A stretch of 64,000 nucleotides of DNA from contig NW_026781981.1 of NCBI RefSeq assembly GCF_031769215.1, positions 1,178,001-1,242,000 on the forward strand, in the 5' to 3' direction. The stretch is from Ylistrum balloti. Its lineage: Eukaryota. The position numbers and the translations under genes are program-made. The notes beneath the pieces were generated by a model that was not told the DNA's origin, did not search any database, and saw only the letters and a list, made by a program, of their open reading frames with translations. This document shows positions 1 to 12,300 of the stretch, one piece after another (positions within the stretch are counted from its first letter, which is position 1; each line of letters starts with the position of its first letter).

Positions 1-2808
1 TGATATCAACCAGCCTATCCGAGATAATTTCTCAATTATCAGAAACATTGCCTGAAAGATTATAAATAAACATGCATTTTTATATGTAGTTCACCCACAT
101 CTCTGTTGACACAGTAACGAAGGAGACATTTTGGAGACGAATACGGGTTCATCGACTAGGTCTTTTCCTCATAGCCTAATAATACTTTAATCAAAGGGAT
201 AAACAAGCATCAACCCTTGTTCTCATATAGCAGATGGCACACTTGTGTTGTGTGATCATCATATAACCGTATTGTCAGAACTAGTCATATAACGTATTGT
301 CAGAACTTGAGCATCTTGGTAATGTCTTCGGGATTAAATCCCTAGTATTGTCATCTTGAAAATGACAAATATACATTCATCTAACATATTACGATAGACC
401 GAAGTAGTCTTTTCACCTAGTTGTCGGTTCTAAATTGATTTTAAATCGTTTCAAGGAAAAACTGATTTTATCCTTTTACATAACTTTGTCATTAAGGATA
501 AAACAGAAAATATGAAAATAAAATAATTACGTGACATTCATGAAGTTAACAATGCTATTATGAATATTCGTCCACATATATATATAATACATAAGGAATT
601 CCGCCCTGGTTTCATACATCATACATGTGCCAGTTTTATATGTCTCTGAAGATTCAACGATGTATCAAGCATACATGCACGTGTATTTCGTGCACCGTTG
701 CTGCAATTCACGTGGTGTCTTTGAAGTTGTATCTCATAGTCACCGTTATAGAAACCCTGTCAAAATATTTAAGTGCATGTTCATATCATATATTGACGTT
801 ATGTGTGTGCATATGATATATTTTAGTGTGTAAAATATATGAGGTATGTCTCTACGCTAAATATTTTGGAGTTCATACTTGAATATCTTGCTTTCAACGT
901 GGAAAAAAAACTTTTTAACTTTAATCATTTTGGAGTGCACTTTATAAAAGTGTTCTCGGATTCAAATGCTTAACATTTCCATGTAAATTATTCTAGTATT
1001 TATGCTGTAGACTAGATTTCAATCAAGTGGGCATCCCGTACAACATCAGGTCGGCATCAGCTGGTTTGAAATTTCAAGTGCCTGTTCTCAATGTTCTCTT
1101 TTAATCAAATAGTTAGAATATCTTAATGATTTGTTAAAAACACATATATATGAAGATAATTTATGATACAAAATACAATGAATGGTAACATGTTGCTAGA
1201 AAATGAATTATGTGGTGTTAAATTTAGTATAACGAGGTATTCACTATGGGAGATATTGAACAATGTTTTCAAAATACCTCCGACTTTTTCAAGAGCTTTG
1301 CTTTGATGTTAACAGTGAACGGACCACGTTCGTATAGAATGATTCTAGCCTGATGGGATATTTACAGTGAACATTGCTATTTAGCCACAGAAACCTTGAC
1401 ATTAAGTGTTTAAGGTCCACTAAATCACCCTTTCCACTTGTAAAGGAACTGTCATTTGATTTTTCCTCTCCGCAACGATAAGTCAAGTTGAGAGGTTACG
1501 GAAACAGGGAAGCCCTCTCTCCTCTCCATTGCTCATTGCCGTAAGATGGCGCCATTCTCTATCATTCTCATGTCATTTTTACGTTTTAATTTGCTCAACA
1601 AGATGGACCAGTAGGTCCCGAGCGTCACGGATGAAAGGGAAGCGTATGGCGAGGTTAAGTAGATAAGTTATGATATGCACATGTGTTCGGTGTATGTAAG
1701 GTAGCACATACTATCAAAAATGACTTGTGTATGCCATCATAACACTTTAGTATTTTACCCTTCCATCCTCGGGACGATTTGAGATTGTGTACAAGGATTT
1801 TTGGGGTAGCGAAGGGCATACAACTTGGTACGTTGTTACACATACACACAACTATCATGTAGTGTACCCAAAAAGTGACCTTTATCATAGTTAAGTTCAT
1901 TCCCGTACCAGGTGCTGCCTTTAGGGTTGGGTCCTCAATTTCTACAAGTATTACTCGTTCCCTCATTTCCTATATTGAAACATTGCCACATCATCCTTAA
2001 TATGATATTGTCCAATGATTACCAGCATAGTCAACTTAAGACAGAAAACTGAAGACAGTGTTAATTATTAAGCTTCGTAATGGTAACGTTTATGTTTTTT
2101 TCTCCTATAGAAGACAGAACGATTTTTTTTCTGTCGTGTACCGAATCATAACTCACATTATATAAACAAAACTAGATAACACATTAAACACATACAAATA
2201 AACATTTTAGTAACGTCACATATGTTTTTAAAAAAACCTGGCAGAACAGTTTCAGAAGAGAAGATATTAACACGTGCAGTTTGTGTATATGTTACATCAA
2301 CAATAAATCTCCGCATAACAGTTGTAGTCTTCACATAGAAATAACTGTCACATGGCCATCTAATGTAACAATGGTGAGGTTAGATCTAATGAGCATAATA
2401 CGCATGGAATTATGAGAAGGAGAAGAAGAGTGAAGGATGGAGGGAGATATATACTTCTGTTTCACTATAACTATCAACATTTGCTTTAGTCTAATGGGTT
2501 GTGTACAAAATGTCGTAGCCGGCATCGTAAACAGTCTTCCTGTGTAGCATTGCTTGTCAGGGCTCCAACAGATTTGGCACAATAAGGGTATTGGTGTTCG
2601 TTAAATATAGGGCAAGCATTGCTCATTTCAGATCTGCAATGTATAAACAATGGAGGCGAGTACAACAGATACAGTAAATACTCAAAAGATTTTTCCCGTA
2701 TTTTTAATAACAGAAAAAAAATAAATAAATCTGATTGTGCACATGTGTTCACAGATACATTACGTGTATTACCACATTTTAGAAAAGTTATTGGCCTGAG
2801 ATGTTTGA

Positions 2809-3117
<309 letters not shown>

Positions 3118-3987
3118 TAGTATTAGGTAAATTTGACATATAAGTTACAGTCACACCCATACCATCGTATCTGTAGGCTCACACATCACACTGTAACACA
3201 TATTTGTCTCATCTGTAACAGTAGGTACCCTTAACTTTCATACCGTATTGTTTTATATTGTCTTTGAACTATACAAGACAGTATCACAATAAGATATACA
3301 CACATTACCACTAGATTTATAGATGTAATTGCCCGATGGTATATTATGTACATGCAGGACAATACAATATCGCCTACTTACAAATGATACTAATACATGC
3401 CTACACCTGTTAAAGCTACAATGTTCGCCTGACTCTTTTATATTATATTTAAAAAAATCATGTTTCTGGTTCTTATATGTAGCAAATATACCTTTAGTCT
3501 AATCTTAAATAAAAGATTTTACTGCGAGGATCATTAATCAAATCATATAAACTCACAACTTACCCAGCAGGTCCATACAAACAAAACCAATCACTATGTG
3601 ACCATACCACTAACAAGATGGAAAGTAATATAAAACACTGAAATAGCTTGAATGTTTTTTCATAATATAATCTCAGTTTTAGGTAAACATGATATTGCAA
3701 GGTATGCCCTTACATGCATAAATTAGAACATGAACGAATAGTTTAATGTATTGTCACTTTCAGGCAAAACGTGTAATATTCTATAAGAGAGTTTCGTATA
3801 GCAATAATTCAAAAGTGTAATAATGTTGGGAGATACATGTTATGTTTATAATGTTAACAAAATGATTTATATAGATGAAAATCATTTAAAATTGCATTAA
3901 CAATAAAAAAATGTCCAAGTGCGATATTCTTGTTTTATAACAAATTGGAAAACAGGGATACTAAAAGTTTTGTATATTCATTTTCAG

Positions 3988-4317
3988 GTATGGTTCCAAA
4001 ACAGAAGAGCAAAATTTCGTCGAAACGAACGGAATATGATGGCTCAAAGGGGGAACCTTTACGGCCGGCCGGAAAACACGCCAATTGAGCAACCCATTAC
4101 GCCCCGCCCATCATCAATGAACACTGACAACCTGTCATGGTATGCCCCACCCGCGTACAGTCCCTCCACATCATCAAACAGTTGTGCTCTGGCGAACCAC
4201 TCCTACACCCCTCCTCCACCAAACATCGGCTCCAGCATTGCATGTCTTCGGCTCAAGGCCCAAGAATACAATAACGTTATGCAACATAATCCTTACGGAC
4301 ATCAAATGCAGCAATGA
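3988..4317 (+). CDS. Prrx: Prrx homeobox gene, last coding exon (helix 3, EQPITPRP/DNLSW motifs, OAR domain)
   Basis: Acceptor ttttcag at 3981-3987. VWFQNRRAKFRRNER (Q50), EQPITPRP..DNLSW resembling PRRX1 EQPIVPRP..DYLSW, OAR motif SSIACLRLKAQEY, stop TGA at 4315-4317. Confidence 0.95.
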   Translation, partial: VWFQNRRAKFRRNERNMMAQRGNLYGRPENTPIEQPITPRPSSMNTDNLSWYAPPAYSPSTSSNSCALANHSYTPPPPNIGSSIACLRLKAQEYNNVMQHNPYGHQMQQ

Positions 4318-4479
4318 CTAGGCGGAGGGGGTGTTGGAGTGGGTGGGACTAACCTTGCGGGAGGGGCACTGGGAGGGGAAAAACAGACTTATGGTAGCCC
4401 TTACGGGCAGTTTGGCCAAGAAATTAATCATGGACTTCAAACGCAAGACAATGATAACTACACAATTGCTCAGATATAA
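4318..4479 (+). CDS. Prrx: Putative stop-codon readthrough extension of Prrx (53 codons + TAA)
   Basis: TGA-CTAG context. In-frame LGGGGVGVGGTNLAGGALGGEKQTYGSPYGQFGQEINHGLQTQDNDNYTIAQI, then TAA at 4477-4479. 15 Gly codons use GGC/GGA/GGG/GGT. Translation itself is inferred. Confidence 0.65.
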   Translation, partial: LGGGGVGVGGTNLAGGALGGEKQTYGSPYGQFGQEINHGLQTQDNDNYTIAQI

Positions 4480-6327
4480 CTGATCAAGCAAAGTTACATA
4501 ATAAGCTTCTAAAACCATGTTGCAACGTGTTGGTGTTACCATAATCGTTGTCAAAATATTTGGAAGTCATGATGTTTGCTGCAAAAACAGCTTGGATCTC
4601 AATCTGACAATTTCATTAAATACGACAAAGGAAGCTACTGGAATTGTTGTAAATTCCATGGACTTCTACATCGATGCGTCATTGATATTCCGGAAGTTTA
4701 TGAAATAATTTTGATGAAAACTTCCGGTTGTGATATGCCAAGAAATATGAAAGGAAAGAGCTGATCTGTTGACGTTTTGAAGTGGAACTTTTTACAATTA
4801 GGCAATAAATGAAAAGTATTGACAACCAATAAGCCAAGTTATGGAAATTAAATACGGGTGTTACTTTTACAATGCATAATGTCACCCCATTCAAGTGAAA
4901 GGATTTAAGTTCTCATTTAAAATTCCATCCAAATTCCAGTATCTTGGCAATTTCATATGATTAAAACTTTCTGATATTGTACTGAAAGGTTTGACAAAGC
5001 TAAAGATGATTATCATCAACCATAAAAAACATCACTGTCATATTAAACGACTTCATCATTTGTTTCTTGTACAGCACAGCCAACTAAAAGTTAAATCAAC
5101 GAACAAAAACGAAAATACCGAAACCCTCAGCAACATTCAAAAACCCTTGCATCGCCAAAAATATCTGGCGGCGCATGATTCAGAACGATTTTTGTGTCTA
5201 TACGCCGTCTTCCTAGAGTGTTAAAGACATACTTGCCCAGAGATTCTTGTGCTGATAATGTCACGTGATGTAGATCTGCAAGTGAAAGGTATTCTTAGCA
5301 ACACAGTAATCATCCCAGCTGATTCCGTCTCATTGACATTATCATCGAAAATATCATGCGCGATAAAGAGGAGAAACTCCACGTTGACAGTATCGAGATC
5401 ATCTGTAGAGGTCAAATGGATCAAGTGTAAATCACAGCATATAGTCAAGGATATTTATCTTGATAAAAACACAATTTTAGCCTAAATAAGCAGTTTGTAT
5501 ATAACTTATTCAAATAAGTTGTGCAATATTGATACTACATGTCTATCTGTTTCAAATTTGGTTAATTCATATGGTATTTATGCCTGTGTAATTTCACTAA
5601 AATTATTCTTACATGAGCTGCTGTAAAATATATGGAAAATGGCACAGATTTTGAATTCATAAGTTTGTCATATCTTCAGTGTGGTGTACACAGTTTTAAA
5701 TAGTATCAGGGATATGACCATAAGCAGATTTAGAACATGAAGCTTGTCGAAAAAAAACCACCGCACGTTTATTGTTTTTCTCTGATTTTGAAGACATGTT
5801 ATTTAGACCGTTTATTTATTGATATTATTTTCATTTTTAATCGCTGAAAGTGCTAAATCTCTTCGATACACTGTTTGGTGTTGTATTCATAAGTAAAATG
5901 TGAATATGAGAGAAAGCATGGAGAGCAAATAAAAACTGAAATCCTTGCTAAGTGCTATTGGTGAAATGGGGTACACGTATCATTACGTACGAGGAGGTAA
6001 CATTATTGTAAATAACATTGAATGGAAGTGATTTGTGTCACCGCAATAATACTTGTTATACTTTGATTGTTGGGTATTTCGGTCACCATGTGTATGTATG
6101 AGGATGAGTGTGTTACAAATGTTTCTAAAGTGAAAATGGACATATGAATGTGTATGTTTTTTAAATGGTGCACAAGAATATTGTGTGAAAGCTGACGGAT
6201 AAAGTGTGGTCCCTAAAGGACAGTATTATCACTGTTGTATACATCTCCTTACTGTTGTAAATGACTGTAAACTATTTTCATACGTTTAATATCGTTTAAT
6301 ATCTTTATTGATATGCATAATTATAAA

Positions 6328-6333
6328 AATAAA
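6328..6333 (+). terminator. Candidate polyadenylation signal of Prrx
   Basis: AATAAA followed by a T/GT-rich tract (gtcttttgtttt), about 2 kb after the stop. Not the only AATAAA downstream of the stop, so the site is a best guess. Confidence 0.45.
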
Positions 6334-9300
6334 TCTTTTTGATATAAATTGTCTTTTGTTTTAAAAAGAAATCCTGGTCGGTGCTTACACTTTTCGCCCT
6401 TCCCACAGAGAGCAACACCGTTGAATATGATAGAAACAAATGTGTAAATTCTTACCCCCAAAGATCAGTTTTGATTATAATTTTCTGGTTACGATTCTAA
6501 ATATTACTATTGCATCGATTTATAATAATTTGTACAGGGACACAATTTTAGCATAGAATGTTTCATGTGAATTCTTTATGAATATCATTAAAAATACAAC
6601 GAAACCAATTGATACGAAAAACAAAACTCAATTTATTTCTCCAGGAAGTTTCAAAATTCGCTTTCACATAAATCTGTACAAATAATAGATTGTTTCTTTG
6701 AAGAAAGATACAGAAATCTTGCACGTTCCTTTGAAGGTGAATAAGTCTGATAATACCACTGCTCCACATCAGATTAATGTTTCAGAAATATATCGAAGAT
6801 ATCAGCTTACTCGTCCGGAACCCTGATATCATGGCCGATTGTATTTTCTCACGGGCGATTGGAAAAATAGTCACATGCTTCCGGCGTTGTAAATATTTCA
6901 ACAAATGAAAGGTTTACAGCAGAAAAGTACTCTAAGGGAAGTTGTGAAGGAATTGTGCATATATTCAGGTTAGATTAAGGAAAATCATGAAATTCAAAAC
7001 ACCGATAAAAAAAGTTACTTGCGCAGAAAGAGAGAGTTTTTGATTGCGAAGATAAGCTTTTTAATACTTCCTGTAGTATTTTCGAAGATTGTATATACAG
7101 ATGAACCCGATGGCTTGTCTCGTAAATAACCTTTTTAATAGGCATGTCCTCAAACTATTTTTTGTTAACATTCTGAGATGAATAACGGCAACACAGCGTC
7201 ACTGCTCCTCTCTTGTATGGACAATGCATATGTCTCCACAAAGAATGAATCTTTAGATATGGGAGTAGAGTAGTATTTATAAACTCCATCGACCAATATA
7301 GGAAATAGGACGTATCTTCATAATTGTTATGGTATCTTTATAGAATTTCGGAATTCGATTCTCCAAACAAACGTGACAAAGTTACGAGGTCCTCTTCCCT
7401 AGAAAGTGGGAATTTCCCGGATACTAGAGTTACCTTTCACATTTACATCCATCCGCAACAAGAGCAGTATATAAGTAAGATGTTTAATAATTGTTGTAAA
7501 ATAAAGTTGAATTTTCCTCACAGTTGAAATGACTTGATATCTCGCTTCTTTTGTGTTACCTTGATTATGAATTATATTAACTGTGTTTTTACTTATCTAA
7601 GTATTTCTCTTCTCAGCTATATCACTCGCCGCCTATGTGTACTGCCAACTAACCTAGGTTATTATCAACAATCACTTTTCTTTCTTCATGTTCAGCGTAA
7701 ACATTCAATTCATACATGCTCTATCAGAAATTGGGTTTTAAGCATACCGGTCAATAATGTGTTAAAATCATTATTGAAAATTCATTTGAAATACATAGGT
7801 ACATACAACCTGTGGAAGCCAGTGACGTTATAACACCATAGTGATATTTAAACACACTACGAAAAAATTTGACCTATAGATAGACATTTTCTTTGTGACT
7901 TAAAAATCCGTCAACACTCTGTGCAACAGAATACAAAAAGGTGTAGTCTTTGATCATTGCACAACATGACATCAACATTATTGTTTTTAGACTATCAACT
8001 AACCACTGAAGTATCCCTTGCGGAAATGTTTGTCGATCTATTATGACGTATATATTAACTCTCGCTAATCACATATGACAGATGTTCTTGAAACATCATG
8101 AAAATAATATTACATAATGGTATTACTACAGCATTCGAGATATTACAATGCATTTGGGAAATACGATTTCTTTAGAGTAGCTTTAACAAGTTAGACAAGC
8201 CGATTCGAATTTGTTTCTTTGCTAATTTAATAAAAAGAAACATGTAAGTTATACTTCATAAGCTAGTAGTGAACATAAGTTCTGACATGTTATAGAAACC
8301 CTCTATTGCGTGGCATCACCTACCATTAAAATAAACATTGAGTAGATAAAAACGCGCCCGATAATTCCCATATATTCTTACTAATGAGAGTGGATAAGAT
8401 CCCTATACGCTTGCTTTCTTTGATTCCTAGGACTAAAGTTTTATCTACAGGACGGTGTTCGTTTCATATTCTCTGATAACACTGCCAATTAAAGAGGTGA
8501 TCTGTGAGGGCCCGGTCTTCAGCGCGCGAGCACGAGACTGGCATTCCCGAACAACTGATCTGGACTTATTTTCAAAAAAACCTTTGTGGATGGTAGTAAT
8601 TTTGGAAGAACCACTTGAAATTTTGAATCTGATACAATATAGACAAATATTGAATTAAAATGTATCAAAATGATGTGCCTACCTTTTAGAACTCGTCTGT
8701 GATTTAAGGACCTACAATGTAAATTGCTGAAACCCAGGATGAGAAAGGTAAAAAAAAATATCGAAATTAGTCGAAAGAATGTCACAATATAGACAGGAGA
8801 AGCGCTAACCGTATGATTGATTATGAATGACAATAGCAATTTTCGACATTTTTTCATTATTTGGTATACAGTTATAAATTGGTATTATACTTGATGATAA
8901 ACAATGGCTTACTATTTTACAAGGCTTTGTTCTCACAACTTTGTTAAGTCTACGCAGCTTTCACTTTTGTTTTCATATGACCTTGTTTCCATGGATTTCT
9001 CTTTATGTCAACGTTGGTCTATATTTTTCCTTGTTAGATGTTATCAAATTTCAGATGAATTAAAGGATATATTCACAAAATGAAATGATCATTTTCATCA
9101 TCATTTGATTATGATGAAAAAAGATATTTCGAGTTGATTTCTAAGAATTGTGTATAACAAAAAATATTTCATTTAGACACAATGCTATTAATATAACGAT
9201 ATATCTTTATTTCATTTTTCATTACAAGATATTATTTTTCAAATGTGAATCAATTTGGTCGTGTGACATTGAAACAACACTTACCAGCAACGTTTTTCCA

Positions 9301-12300
9301 ATGTCATGGCATGTATTTTTTTCTGATGGATCATGACATTTTACTCTCCGTTTAGCTAGATCATCCATTTATGATATTGTTCCTTTTAATATCTTTTCGG
9401 TTCGGTCGTTTATTTGAAGGACGAATCATTACGATAATGTCATACCTGAAGTTACCTCATGCCACTTCGAGAAATCATAAAATACCACACTGTGAGGGAT
9501 TCTTTTGTCTCAATATTCAGCCCGTGGCGCTAGAATACATTAAAGATGCCGGTACGGGTTTGAGCAATAGAGCACTATTTGTAGATGTCATCACCTTTAT
9601 TCTGTGTTTTGTCAAATTGTTTGTTGTAGTCTACACTATGTTTGAGTATTATCTAACCGTCTACCAACATATATCAGTGTTTTTGAGAGGAAGACAATAA
9701 GTCTGAACATCCTCTGTTAATGTGGCTAAATATTGTCTAAAAGATGACCTTTTTACTGTCACCCAGCTTTGTGGTTACCTGGGGAGATAACTGGGGACAG
9801 CCCTGTTTGGGAACACCCAAATACCTTCGATAAACATGTGTAGATGTACGTTTTCTTTATATTTTAGAAAACCTGAGAACGACTAATGTTACAAACGACT
9901 AGACGTATGACAATAAATCTGTATTAAACATTTAATGACACACATTATCAAGTATATATATCCATAGGTATAGGTACCCTTTGTTAATGCTGTCCTTTTC
10001 CCCGGCCGTATCCACAGTGTATAAAATAAAGCGTATTTTGAATGAAATTTGCAGACTTAAGTGTGTTAGTTATATTCTATTATATTACCTTACATAATGA
10101 ATTGTAAGCATCCTTTTAAATGCACGTCCCGCTGACCTCGATAATTACGTACCGTCTACCAAGTGAAATTTGTGACCGCAACCTCATTTTTGTCACTGTG
10201 CTATTCATTTTGATATGAACCAATGTGGCCTCAATGGTTGGCCCGACATATCAGTACAATCGAAACTGATCACCAATGGTGAAACATGGATTTGCCAAAC
10301 GATAAGAACAGCACGAACCAATTGTGACCTTTTTCGACCTATCTTGACCCTTGACCCAACCGCCATGTTGTATATGTTGCCGTCCGTCAAAGCCTGTCGA
10401 AAATGACACGTTATGCAATCGATGCATGTCATGTGCATGCTGGAGATGTCGTAAACATGTGCCCGGTATCTGGTATCGAGCCAAAGTGCCTCCTATCAAT
10501 GATATCGTGGTTCTAAAGACGTCATCTTCCACCGTCAGAAGTCTTCCTGATTTATCGAACTGTCTAATTAATGAATGAAAATATGAGGCCACACACGGGT
10601 TTGTTTAGATCTACTATCTTAATGAACCATAGCTTAAGAGTTATCGTTGGTTGATGACCAGAAAGATTCCCTTAAGAGCCTCTCTAATCTAAATGATAAC
10701 AAAATGTAATTGAGTTCCAGCCCAGTGTTTCTCGATTATGACGATTTTCGGCCTTGCCCCTTCCTCGTTCACAAAGCATTAACATCAGTTTTACATAGAA
10801 TGATGGCTTTTACACTACCAAATTAATATTAAGATTTAATTAAAATGAAAATATCATTTTTTTTTAAAATTTGTACATGTATTTGTAAATAATTTTATAT
10901 GAAATATGACAAAATTAGATAATTCTAAAGAATGGAGACGTCAGTTAAATTATAATCGAATAAAAGATGCTATTTCAATCAATAAAATCTCAGTACAGCT
11001 TTTTGTTTCTTTTTCGGATGTTTCAGTATAGTGGTCTTACGGATAATACAGCTTTATTAAATCATATCCTTATTACGGTAACTTTTTTCATGTTTAACCA
11101 TTAAAATAATTTTTATTTAAACGAAGGGAGGTAACTCTTGCTAAGAGAGACAGTGATCTAGTCATGGAAATTGTACTGACCATACTTAAATACAACCAAC
11201 ATATGACAATTGATTAACATCAAAAACCATCTGAAAAACGTATGGATAAAAGTAAGTTTTCACTGAAAAGAATTTTTTTAATTGACATAGTCATTGTACT
11301 ATATGCTAATTTTTGGATATGTCCTATCGATGCAGGCCGAAATAGACCTGACTTTTATCTCCAGTTTCGGTATGTAATGTCCAGTATATAATTGGAAATG
11401 CTAGGTATCGTTAAATCTATATACATTCGAAATCCCTTCACTCTCGAATCTGGTTTTGTTTTCATGAGCTAACTTTTCCCTTGACGTTATTTAACGTGCG
11501 TGGTTTGTATTTTCACAATTAGTTTAAATTTCGGTTCTAGTTATATTTTTGGCATTGAATCGGTATATATAACATGTATGAATATACAGGAAAACAAACA
11601 ATGATATCTTTATTATGTACTTGTGGCCATTGACATTCAATGTACAAATACCAAACAAGCTTCAATACTGAATATAACTAAAGGTGTATCTATATATATC
11701 TTCAATTAAACAAGAAATAGATATGTAAGTTAAAGCACATCTTTACGTTTCATATGAGGTGCATCTCAAAAGTTAAAAGCACGCTATCATACATCACATA
11801 CTGTTCGTCAGACACAGGCATTCAAACAAAGTTCTAAGCTCATATATAAAATACTAAGATTTCAGATCTGTCATATATCTTAACGAGTATGCTATCAAAA
11901 TTTCACAATTGTATCGTATATTTATTTTACGTTCATTTTAACATACATGAACATATTCATTATACTTCATTTGACAATATAAAATTCAGAGCATTTTATT
12001 CTGTAAAAAAGGATAGTTTTTATCGTGACATGTCATGTTCACTTTTCATTTTGTGTAATACAATTCATGTAACCAATATCATCGCAGGTATTAATATAGT
12101 ACGCTGTAGTACAGACAGTCACATGCTAGGTTGTGTTATTATATTGCAAATGGGAACATGCTGGTACAAGCTATTACATACACTGTTATATTATAGTACA
12201 ATATGCAAATTCAATGCGAAATGAAGACAAAACGCATGAAGTTATCGTATCACAACAGCACTGGAATATTCCGCTTTTGAAAATGGTTCCAAGAAATAAA

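Noticed and set aside
4319-4321. TAG as an alternative splice acceptor giving access to the extension
   Set aside because: The upstream sequence is purine-rich coding sequence with no pyrimidine tract. It is kept only as a control to test in RNA-seq.
4315-4760. Selenocysteine decoding of the Prrx UGA
   Set aside because: I could not find a convincing SECIS (AUGA-stem-AA-GA) by eye, and the CUAG context explains leakiness more simply. A SECISearch run would settle it.
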